Shown here: positions 22,025 through 33,222 of the stretch, piece by piece
Layout: the number at the start of each line of letters is the position of its first letter
Numbering within the stretch: position 1 is the stretch's first letter
DNA from: Octopus bimaculoides
Lineage: Eukaryota
Length of the DNA: 39,899 nt
Direction: 5' to 3'
Assembly (NCBI RefSeq): GCF_001194135.2
Contig: NC_068984.1
Location: 9,071,049-9,110,947, forward strand
The notes under the pieces: model-generated
The model's database searches: none
What the model saw: only the letters and a program-made list of their open reading frames with translations
Told to the model about the DNA's origin: nothing
Translations under genes and position numbers: made by a program

Positions 22025-22223
22025 ATCTAAAGTAGCCACTGAGCCCCAATCTGATATATTCACTATGTACGTCCACTTCACTAACGCTGTTTCCTTCCCT
22101 GGATTTCTTTGTTCTTCGATTTGTCTATCTAAAGTAGCCACTGAGCCCCAATCTGATATATTCACTATGTACGTCCACTTCACTAACGCTGTTTCCTTCC
22201 CTGGATTTCTTTGTTCTTCGATT
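22025..22223. repeat. Exact 102-bp tandem duplication; second copy truncated by a gap
   Basis: atctaaagtagccactgagcc.. begins at 22025 and again at 22127. Confidence 0.9.
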
Positions 22224-23057
22224 NNNNNNNNNNNNNNNNNNNNNNNNNNNNNNNNNNNNNNNNNNNNNNNNNNNNNNNNNNNNNNNNNNNNNNNNNNNNN
22301 NNNNNNNNNNNNNNNNNNNNNNNNNNNNNNNNNNNNNNNNNNNNNNNNNNNNNNNNNNNNNNNNNNNNNNNNNNNNNNNNNNNNNNNNNNNNNNNNNNNN
22401 NNNNNNNNNNNNNNNNNNNNNNNNNNNNNNNNNNNNNNNNNNNNNNNNNNNNNNNNNNNNNNNNNNNNNNNNNNNNNNNNNNNNNNNNNNNNNNNNNNNN
22501 NNNNNNNNNNNNNNNNNNNNNNNNNNNNNNNNNNNNNNNNNNNNNNNNNNNNNNNNNNNNNNNNNNNNNNNNNNNNNNNNNNNNNNNNNNNNNNNNNNNN
22601 NNNNNNNNNNNNNNNNNNNNNNNNNNNNNNNNNNNNNNNNNNNNNNNNNNNNNNNNNNNNNNNNNNNNNNNNNNNNNNNNNNNNNNNNNNNNNNNNNNNN
22701 NNNNNNNNNNNNNNNNNNNNNNNNNNNNNNNNNNNNNNNNNNNNNNNNNNNNNNNNNNNNNNNNNNNNNNNNNNNNNNNNNNNNNNNNNNNNNNNNNNNN
22801 NNNNNNNNNNNNNNNNNNNNNNNNNNNNNNNNNNNNNNNNNNNNNNNNNNNNNNNNNNNNNNNNNNNNNNNNNNNNNNNNNNNNNNNNNNNNNNNNNNNN
22901 NNNNNNNNNNNNNNNNNNNNNNNNNNNNNNNNNNNNNNNNNNNNNNNNNNNNNNNNNNNNNNNNNNNNNNNNNNNNNNNNNNNNNNNNNNNNNNNNNNNN
23001 NNNNNNNNNNNNNNNNNNNNNNNNNNNNNNNNNNNNNNNNNNNNATATATGCACATA

Positions 23058-23441
23058 GGTGGAGGCGCAATGGCCCAGTGGTTAGGGCAGTGGACTCGCG
23101 GTCATAGGATCGTAGTCTCGATTCTCAGACCGTGCGTTGTAAGTGTTTATTGAGGGAAGACACCTAAAAGCTCCACGACGCGCCGGCAGGGGATGGTGGC
23201 GAACCCTGCTGTACTCTTTCACCACAACTTTCTCTCACTCTTACTTCGCGTTTCTGTTGTGCCTGTAATTCAAAGGGTCAGCCTTGTCACACTGTGTCAC
23301 GCTGAATATCCCCGAGAACTACGTTAAGGGTACACGTGTCTGTGGAGTGCTCAGCCACTTGCACGTTAATTTCACGAGCAGGCTGTTCCGCTGATCGGAT
23401 CAACTGGAACCCTCGACGTCGTAAGCGACGGAGTGCCAACA
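23058..23441 (+). mobile_element. Full-length tRNA SINE, family A, with 9-bp TSD
   Basis: A-box tggcccagtggttagg; colinear with 284-658; atatgcaca at 23047-23055 and 23442-23450. Confidence 0.92.
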
Positions 23442-24813
23442 ATATGCACACATACATACAGAAATATGTATGCATATAGATACAAATAAATATTTGTGTA
23501 TATATATATATACGTGAGTGTAAGTGTGAATAATGAATGTGTCTATATGAGGGTTCTATTAAACTCTTTCACGACAAGACACGAACCGTGAACGAAACCT
23601 GAAGCTCATGGAACCGGTCGTTTATAGACACAGTGGAAGGATATTTTCAACCATCAATATTAAACAGGATTCAGTTTCTATAAAATATGTAAGGCAAAAA
23701 TAATTGAAACATTGGTCAATATATTTAAAATATTCTTCAGTTCTCTGTATGATGTGACATTTTTTTTAGGAAAATCAAATTTCAGTGTGCAAAATGGCCG
23801 CCAAGAGAAAAATGGAAAATACAAAACAGAAACAATTTTTAATGTTTTATCAAATTGTATGAATGGAGAAGACGAAAAAATGTGTGTGGTGTATAATAAA
23901 TCGTTTCATAAATAGGTTTCTAACTTATAGGAACACTAGATCGATAGAAATCAGTTTTATCTGGTGAAAATAAGAAAGAGAAACGTATAAAATATAATAT
24001 CAAAAAAGCTAATCAAACAGCGAAATGGAAATAAATACTAGAGACATTAAGGACTTTTCCGTCTTTTCTTTTCTTTTCAATATCAATTATTCGCTGAAAT
24101 CATGAATGTGAATAGAGGTCAGATAAAAGTCATTGATGTAAGTATATAAGAACCCTCTTATAGATAGATAGACGTGGAACAGCATTGAGAATTAAGTCGA
24201 TAAAGACAGCGACAACGAACGCTGAATAACGAGTAGTGATCCATTGGATAGAGAAGGTAGATTCGAACAAATAGAATCGAGGTAGTTTATAATGGTTTAT
24301 GGGAAAGCATCGACAATCAATAAAGGTTACAACTACAAAATATATTAAGGGTGGCTATGAAGATTATGGAAAACCACAAAAAAAGAAATAGCGTAAAAGA
24401 GATTTTGTTATTGAACTTTCAAATGAGAAATAATTTATATTCAGCTTTACCATACTTAATTTACATTTCACTAATAGATTTTTGGCTGGCCATAATTACA
24501 ATTACAATACTGAATACTGTCGGCAAACAATTTTATTAGGTTTGTTGAGATACAATTTTATTCAATTCTATAGCGATAATGGTTTCTTTATATTCATATA
24601 TATTTTATACTGCTTGATGTTTTTTCTTGTTTTGTTGTATTACTTCTTTGTTTTTTTGTTTTTCTTTACTCATTTAACCTAATTGAATTGAAAGAAGGCT
24701 TGCAGGAAGGCATTAATCCAAGTTATTGATATTATTGGTAGCAATCTGAAGCAACTGTATCACATGACCCAGTCTTCGTTAACTTGATATTTCTAATGAA
24801 GGCTATCATTTAA

Positions 24814-24990
24814 CCCTTTGCCTGTCCCGTGCATCACCTGTGATACTTTGGACATATTTCCCTGGCATCCATGCATCGTACATGATACAACAACAGAATA
24901 AATTTGAAATTACAGAAGGAAAGCTTTATATTACAGAGAACGTACCAAACAATGGCTAATTAAAAGTTTGGTAACAAACATTGACGTTTA
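24814..24990 (+). mobile_element. piggyBac-like non-autonomous element, left-end fragment
   Basis: TTAA (24810-24813) followed by CCCTTTG; shares ggacatatttccctg with 4211-4390. Confidence 0.5.
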
Positions 24991-25390
24991 AGATGAACTT
25001 ATGAAAATGCTTTAGACAGATAAACATTTAAGAGGTTATCAAATAAAACTGTTGACGTTTTCCTCTCTGTAGCGTAATTAATTTACAGTATACTGCTCAT
25101 GGCATTTAACAATTCGGTACTCAGAGTTCGTCCCTAAATAATTTTACTCAGTTTTCATAATTCACTGTCACGTCAACTCATGGATATTGCCTTAAATATC
25201 TGAACATTTAATATTTTAGCGACCTCAAAACGAAGAAAGACAACTGACCATTAAAAACTAGACAGTAATCAATTTAATGGACGTAGATAAAATATTTGCC
25301 CTCCTTCTTAACCACTTCTGACCTTCCTCCATTTTGGTGCATGTGTGTGTCTATGTGTGTGTGTATGCTGGATTGCTATTTATGTGTATA

Positions 25391-25473
<83 letters not shown>

Positions 25474-25561
25474 NNNNNNNNNNNNNNNNNNNNNNNNNNN
25501 NNNNNNNNNNNNNNNNNNNNNNNNNNNNNNNNNNNNNNNNNNNNNNNNNNNNNNNNNNNNN

Positions 25562-25624
<63 letters not shown>

Positions 25625-25963
25625 TCACACGTTGTATATTGAAGCAGATAAAAATAGCGATGCTGAAATATAAAATAGAATGGTTGCAATCGATAATGAT
25701 TGAAACCTAATTTAACTTTTAAATTATTTGAAGCTTAAATGAATAATATTGATTCCTTATTGATCTGGCACAAAGCCACGAAGAAGTCTCAAGAGAGATT
25801 TGAACTCGGAATCTAGAGAGATTAAACTGGATGATAAGAATAAACACCACCTTCTGATATTGTTTCTTACTCATTAGTTATTCTATATTCATTTGATAAT
25901 AAATTAACTGGAGTAATCACTAGAGAATTCCGTGGAAGAAATTCTCAAGCGAGCTGAACAGCA

Positions 25964-26280
25964 GATCTTCAAAGAAGAAAGCCCACTTAGACAGATCTTT
26001 TAGCCCTTAACTTCCTACACTCTAAAGTGTCCGCGTTACATTCAGATCATGACTCTCTGCTGACAAATTTTAACACCTTGGATATCGGTGACTTGTGTAT
26101 TTGAAGATTTCATCTTGTTGGAACTCCTTTCCGTTGACCCAGCTTTCAAACTTATATTTAAACAAGAGCACTAGGAGAGCGCAAACATCTGCCATGGTAA
26201 CACCAACGTCCTCTCAACAATTAGCCAGAGATGATTTTTAAAATGAAAACATCTGAAATAAACCTGATTGCTCTCACAAA
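25964..26280. repeat. Copy 1 of a diverged direct repeat of about 320-340 bp (copy 2 at 27501-27839)
   Basis: Colinear blocks such as gcccacttagacagat/gcccatttaggcagat, tgttggaactcctttccg and aacaagagcac..caccaacg..ctctca..ttagcc.gagatgatt. Confidence 0.85.
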
Positions 26281-26735
26281 TGAAAATACTAAAAATGAAC
26301 CCGACTGCTCTCAAAAATTAAGGAAAATAAACAGGAAAAATCATCCAGAATCCTTTTTCCGGTACCGGATCAATCCCAATGGTAGTCATGGAATATGAAG
26401 GTGGCTGTAGAAAATTTAGTAACAGTAATAAATAGTTTATCCTTATCTAGTACAAACTAAAGCTAACAAATTCACCATTCAGAATAGGTACCGCCTAAAA
26501 GGAGATAATTGATAAAGACTTGAAAGTTAACATTAGATCGTAATCATGTAAAGTAAATACAACAAATAATCCAGAATCCTTGTCCAGTGCCGGATCGATC
26601 CCAACATCTAAATAGTTTGTGCCAGTCACGAGGCCAAACATCCCTGAAAGTTTCGTCCGAGTCCATCCAGCGGTTTTAGAGTTATTTTGTCGATGGTCAA
26701 GCAAACAAACACGACTGAAAACAACGTCAACGCCA
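26161..26735 (+). mobile_element. Putative non-autonomous element with internal subrepeats (unclassified)
   Basis: Starts aacaagagcact; atccagaatcctt..ccggatc.atccca occurs at about 26343 and 26567; ends with a catccctgaaagtttc..gagttattttg..caaacaaac-type block recalled from repeats of aquatic animals. Confidence 0.5.
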
Positions 26736-27265
26736 TCACAGTGTCACAGAGTTACTTCCCTTTTGATTACAATACGATTTCGCTTTCAAACGGATTTCTC
26801 AATGAAATTACTCGAAGTAATTGATTGGAGTGATGTATTGGTAGTGAGATAAGTTGTCGTTGTTGTTGCTGTAGTTGTTGATGTTAGTCATAGAGGACCT
26901 GTTGTAGTTTAGCTAAGTTCAACCATGTCAGTGAAGACTTATGAGCAAAGCTATTCCAAACATGACAACCCCTCCTATATTCTCAAAACTTACTTAGGAC
27001 TATATTATCCGATGTATCTTCTATTTAAAATGGTTTAATATTGACGGAAATTTGGCTACTATTTCTAAGAGGTTCAACTACATATAGGGTTCCTTAAGGG
27101 CCCAGCTAAAGACGGTAACTGTTAAAGAATCTACGACTGCTTCTCCTAATTCTAGGTTGATGAAATGTAATCTGTGCTTGAACATGTCCTTCACCCAAAA
27201 ACTAGCCCTGGTCGTTTCTGAGCCCTAATTAAGCATATGATATACCACAGAGCGTGTGAGTCAAG

Positions 27266-27339
<74 letters not shown>
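27266..27339. repeat. Perfect 74-bp palindrome made of (TAC)n abutting (TAG)n
   Basis: Centred on ctag at 27301-27304. Confidence 0.9.
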
Positions 27340-27344
<5 letters not shown>

Positions 27345-27500
27345 TGCAACAGCAGGTCGTGTTGCTGTTGGTGTTGTTCTTGTTTAGTCCCAAGTGATGA
27401 AGGGGACCCTTGATTTTAAGGGGTTCCAACCACAGTTCATTTCTTTCCATATATTTTAGAAATATTGCTGCTTCATTACCCGTTTTTTGCATTCTTAAAA

Positions 27501-27839
27501 GGTCTTCATAAAAGGAAGCCCATTTAGGCAGATGTTTCAGCTCTCAACTTCTTACGCTCTAAATTGTCCGCGTCACATTCGGGTCATGACTCTTGGTTGT
27601 TCTTCTGCTGACAAACTTTAGCACCTTGGATATAAGAGATTTGTGTATTTAATCCACTTGGAGATTTCATCCTGTTGGAACTCCTTTCCGCTGACTCAGC
27701 TTTCGAACTTATATTTAAATAAGAAACAAGAGCACTTAGAGAGCGTAAACATCCACCAAGGCAACACCAACGTTCTCTCAATGATTAGCCGGAGATGATT
27801 GTTAAAATGAAAATATCTCAAATAAACTGCTCTCACAAG
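27501..27839. repeat. Copy 2 of the diverged direct repeat (see 25964-26280)
   Basis: Same colinear blocks, offset by about 1.54 kb. Confidence 0.85.
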
Positions 27840-28941
27840 TTGAGTGTTTTCAGGAAGAAACCGGTTGTTAAGACAGTAAGATCGAGAGACAAATAAAGGT
27901 TCTTTCATTAGTTTGTAATGCATAGTAAGATTTTATTGTTGCTGAACCCCAGCATTTCCTTTATCAAGTGATCCTAAAACCAAAAGCTTTTTAAACAACA
28001 CGTCTTCTGGGAGAATATATAGGACAATATTATAAAATTTATCCTGTCCTTGTACAAAATTTGAAGGAGATATCGGTTGCCATCTATCATGTCAAGCTTC
28101 CACGTGGCGATTCCTTCAAGGTGCTGTTAATGTTGAAGTAAATCAGTTGAAGTATATTCAGTTCTGTCTCTCGCCATCCAGAATTTCGAATCGAACCAGG
28201 ATAAACATTGTTATACAACCTTTTATAATCGATGATATCTGAGTAAAGGCCTTCAATTGACTACGTTTAACTACGTTTAACTAAGTATCTGTACCTGGAA
28301 TATTCTAGTCTTAAATAATATGAAGGTCAGAGAAAACAAATCTACAGACGAATGGGAATTCCTCATGCACCAAATTATGCGCAAAGTTTACCAGCGATGC
28401 ATTTTGCCCATTGCGATAAAACCTTCGGCAGATCATATCCTTGCACTGGTGCCCTGTTTTATCGACGCCAGTGGGTTAAAGGTCAACTCGACCTTGCTAG
28501 GGTCTACATTCAGGACGAAAGGAACCCAATAAAATCCCACAATGCATCATTTCCGATGTCTTAACGATATGTCATACCACCACCGAGTCGGTAAAATAAA
28601 TGCTATAATATTGTGTGGGTTGGTTCGATTAGTCTCTTCCATAACTGAATTTGTTTGATTGAGTAATGAGAAATTTGAAATTTTCTTTCGTGTAGAACGT
28701 GAAAGGATAAATGTAAAGTGGCGTTAGACCGAGAAAACAGGAATAAACAAAAGTGATTCTAGCATTCTCTATATTATCAATTTCATCTGGTGTTATGATG
28801 TTGAATGCATTAAATTTGAAATACTTGTTTCTTCATTGTTATATGCAGTATTAGACACATGTTGAAAGTAGCAAAATATAATGTCGGCTTCAGTTCAGCA
28901 CTTATTTTCTAAATGTAAAACAAACTAATATATATATACAT

Positions 28942-29039
<98 letters not shown>

Positions 29040-29123
29040 ATGTGTGTAATATATATATATAGGTATGTACATATATGTGTTTATATATGCATATATTTAT
29101 ATATTATTTATATTATATATATA

Positions 29124-29550
29124 TTACATTGGTAAGAAGGTTCTTGGACAACCAAGCCGCCTTCAATCCCGCAACCAATCAGCGTCGCCGACCAATCAGG
29201 AGCAACCAGCTACATATAAAGACCACCTGCATCGTCACAACAAACTTGGAAAATGGGTGCCACGTGAATTGTGAATTGACTGAAGCGAACAAACAAGCAC
29301 GTGTCACTGCATGTCAAAGTTTGCTCTGGCGAAGCCGAAGATTCGGTTGGTTGGAGTCAGTAATCACTATGAATGAAAAGTGGGTACTGTACTCCAACGC
29401 GAGGCGCAGACGATCCTGGTGTAGCAAAGGTCAACAGCCAAAACCTTCACCAAAAGGACCGCTTGTGCAAAAGAAGTTTATGATCTCAGTTTTGTGGGAT
29501 TGCCGTGGTGTGATCATGTTGAATCTTCTCCCACGAAATACCACCGTTGA
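29124..29550 (+). mobile_element. Truncated, frameshifted mariner (Tc1/mariner) transposon remnant
   Basis: Translation HLHRHNKLGKWVPREL (WVPHEL linker), then after a 7-nt duplication LTEANKQARVTACQSLL..WLESVITMNEKWVLYSNARRRRSW..PKPSPKGPLVQKKFMISVLWDCRGVI. TMNEKW corresponds to the TGDEKW catalytic motif with D changed to N. A possible TIR follows the TA at 29122-29123. Confidence 0.9.
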
Positions 29551-29591
29551 TATATATTTACACACACAAACACAGAAACAGAGAGAGAGAG

Positions 29592-29719
<128 letters not shown>

Positions 29720-30598
29720 CACTATTCTATACCATTAAGTACAACTAATTTTCTGCTAATTTGTATTGATATTGAATAGCCTCAAGAGATTACCTCTTTC
29801 TCTCAAGATATGCTTAATTTGCAAAACTTACGATGATAACGTTGAACACCAAAGATTATTTCTTATTTTCTCGGACAACAAAATTAATCGGTCTGGAAAC
29901 GATTTCCACTTGAAGCCATTTCAATTGCCTTTCTTAGTTCTTTCAAGATATGAACATTAACATAAGTCTTCCTGAAATAAACCCGTGTGACTACTATGGT
30001 AGTAATTTTCCATCGATTTCAAACATTTTTTAACATTTGAAACATAATAATGAACTTAAGTTATTGACGACCTTGAATATTTAACGAATGTCCACGTAAA
30101 CTGCGCTAGAGGCGTTTTGTTGCCAATGTCAAGTTTTGTAGATGAGTAGAACCCAAGCAATTAAGCAATTAAAATTGTTAGATATTCACTCCCCGCACTG
30201 GAATAATGCCTCCACAAATGAATTATATTAGCACTGGGGGATAATGAGGACACAATTAGAGTCTACACGCACACTTCATAATGGAGTAATGCCCTCAAAA
30301 TTGATTAACGCCCCTGCGATGGAATCACGTTTACACATGAGAAGCTTTAAGAACTACAAACAGTCACACTCATTTATAAATCAGCCAACAAATTAGTTTG
30401 GAGACGTTCAACGAAGTGGTTCGCCCACGTATTTTGTTTCATCAATCAACATTTTTCTACTCCATCTACGGTGTTGGCTGCTCTTAGGAACGGACTAGAT
30501 TTATATTAGTTGAAATTTATAGAAAAACAAAAGAGGAAGACAGGTGTATCAACAACAAACAGGTGTATTAGTTTGACGCTCGAGGAAATGAAAAAGTA

Positions 30599-30632
30599 TT
30601 TTACGTTTCGAGCCTACGCTCTTCAACAGAAA
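30599..30632 (-). ncRNA. Hammerhead-like motif with A6-to-U core substitution
   Basis: Minus strand UUU-CUGUUGA-A-GAGC-guag-GCUC-GAA-ACGU-A-AAA. Same architecture as 6371-6414 with a perfect 4-bp stem II. Confidence 0.45.
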
Positions 30633-31667
30633 GGAATAAGAGGAAATAAACAGAGAGAGAATGAAAGAAAACTTGTAGATTTAGCGGTCAAGTGATCGAC
30701 TCACACCCTGTCTAGTCATTTATTTCTTAACGCTACTCATGTTCTCTCTAACCCTCTTAAGACCCGTATTAATTACTACAGTTTCTGTTCTTCATCATTT
30801 TTTTCCCCCTTGGAAGGCCAACTATCGGAAATTCGCTCCTGGTTCATGAAGAGAGTAAGTAATTTTCTAGAAAAGTTACATAATTCATACAGAAGTAGAC
30901 TAATGAATGAGGTGAGAAACAAAGGAAGTTTCTAGCAATGGGCAAATGCCTATCTTCAGAAAAATACGTCAGAGAAATATGTGTTTACATCGACCCTGCC
31001 AATGATTCAAGCAAACTTCATAAATTCCACATTTCATCTTTCTCATGACAACGATAAGATGTACGTTGTCAAGGTCCTTATTGCTCGTTCGATGGATAAG
31101 CCATAAAGTATTTAGTGTTCTAGCTATAAACAATATATCTGATGAATACTAATAAAATGCACAAAATTCATCGAAAAATCCCAAGCGGTAAATATTAGAC
31201 TAAATCTAACCCTATATCAGGAAATAATTGTTTGGATAACGTAGATTCGTTTAAAATAATTCATAATTGTTAGGATATCTACAGAATTATTTCAAGAAGT
31301 AAGTGGTACTATCATTTTTATCGTGACCTAACGACATAAAAAAAGTTTAATCGGCAGAATAAGTAATGAGACAAAACTCCTTAATTACACAGCGATTGTT
31401 AAGGGAATGAGTCACTGAATTTATTTATTTTGTTCATTAGACAAGGAGGCGAAGTAGTCAAATGAATCGATCTCAAAAAAATTATACTGCTACGATTTAG
31501 TGGAGTAATGAAAGATTAAATCGATTCCATTAATTTCTGTCATCTATGATATACTAACGTATAACAAAGCACTCACTAATTAAATACTTTATAGAGGGAT
31601 ATTAAAACTACAACAGTCTAACATATGAATCTGGAGTTGGCTTCCTTCAATTACACACACACATACT

Positions 31668-31698
<31 letters not shown>

Positions 31699-31733
31699 TT
31701 AGACATACAAATGCATATACGCAGACACAAACA

Positions 31734-31837
<104 letters not shown>

Positions 31838-31999
31838 TATACATACTAAATACATATACACACACACCCATATATATATGCATAACTCTCTCTCTCTCTC
31901 TCTCAATATATATACATATAATATATATATATAATGTATATAAGTGTAATATACATATGTATGATATATATATATATAACGTATATACATATGCATATA

Positions 32000-32171
32000 A
32001 GCACCCACTACACTGTCGGAGTGATAGCCGTTAGGAAGGGAATCCAGCTGTAGAAGCTCTGCCAGATCAGACTGGAGTCTGGTGTAGCCATCTGGTTTGC
32101 CCAGTCCTCAGTCAAATCGTCCAACCCATGCTAGCATGGAAAGCGGACACTAAACGATGATGATGATGATG
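32000..32171 (+). mobile_element. SINE family E-like 3' portion ending in (GAT)n
   Basis: gttaggaagggaatccagctgtagaa..gtcaaatcgtccaacccatgctagcatggaaagcggacactaaacgatgatgatg. Confidence 0.75.
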
Positions 32172-32567
32172 AATACATATGTGTATAATATATGCACCAG
32201 CATGACCGCAGCCACTTGGCTGAAACACATAAATAAATAAATAAATAAATATATATATATATATATGCGAGTAAAAATGAATACAAAAATGGTGGTTTTT
32301 TGTATGATTGTGTATAGAGGAATGTATTATTTGGTTTAAAAGAGTTCCAACACTGTCTGTTTTTTATGTTTTATTTATATTCCTGCAGAACCAATGTGGG
32401 GTATAGAATATGCAATATACAATATATAATATAATATACAATATATAATATAAAATAAAATAAAATAAAAATGGATGGCACCATGAAATAAAGTATTGAA
32501 TGTAGATGAAATATTGAGTGTTCAATATAAAGGATCAAATATATAAATATAAATATAAATATATAAA

Positions 32568-32607
32568 GGCGACTCGAGTTTCAGGACTATTTCCCTTCGT
32601 CATGGCC
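32568..32607 (-). ncRNA. Minimal type-I hammerhead-like motif with palindromic loop 3 and a 1-nt core insertion
   Basis: Minus strand GGC-C(A)UGACGA-AGGG-aaauag-UCCU-GAA-AC-UCGA-GU-C-GCC. Stem I GGC/GCC, stem III AC/GU with a UCGA loop, GUC triplet. Confidence 0.6.
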
Positions 32608-32762
32608 GATTTATATATGCGTGTGTGCGTACGTGTGTATGTGCGTGTGGGTCAACACAGCATGCAGTAATACCATTTGTTCTCTACGCACAGTCCACCA
32701 TTGTGTTTACTTGCATAAATTCAGTAGTAGCACTGATAAATGTACAAAATAGAACTAATATA

Positions 32763-32861
<99 letters not shown>

Positions 32862-32862
32862 A
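32763..32862. repeat. Compound (TAG)n(CAG)n microsatellite
   Basis: Direct reading. Confidence 0.95.
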
Positions 32863-33183
32863 AGCAATGTTACCAGGTCATTCCGATTCTATGGTTAGAA
32901 AATAATTTTATCCAATTGCAATTTTACTATATACCGGTGTAGTTTTTTCAGGGATTTAAGATGCTTCCATAGGAAAAAAATGGACCTTTAAACAATATAA
33001 ATCAGTTATAAATAATGAAACAGCCATAATATATCACATCGAAAGAAATATTTTAAAATAACTGACTCTACGAAACAAACAAGTGATTATCCTTCAATCA
33101 ATACATGGAATTCAAAATAACGTTCGCATCACAATTAACATTCAACACCATTTCATTTAACGCAATAGTAAAATTAACGTAAA

Positions 33184-33222
<39 letters not shown>

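Noticed and set aside
23790-23803. YY1-like caaaatggccgcc motif
   Set aside because: Isolated imperfect short motif with no supporting context; common in transposon remnants.
32763-32862. (CAG)n tract as polyglutamine coding sequence
   Set aside because: Contiguous with (TAG)n and has no exon context; it is a microsatellite motif shift.
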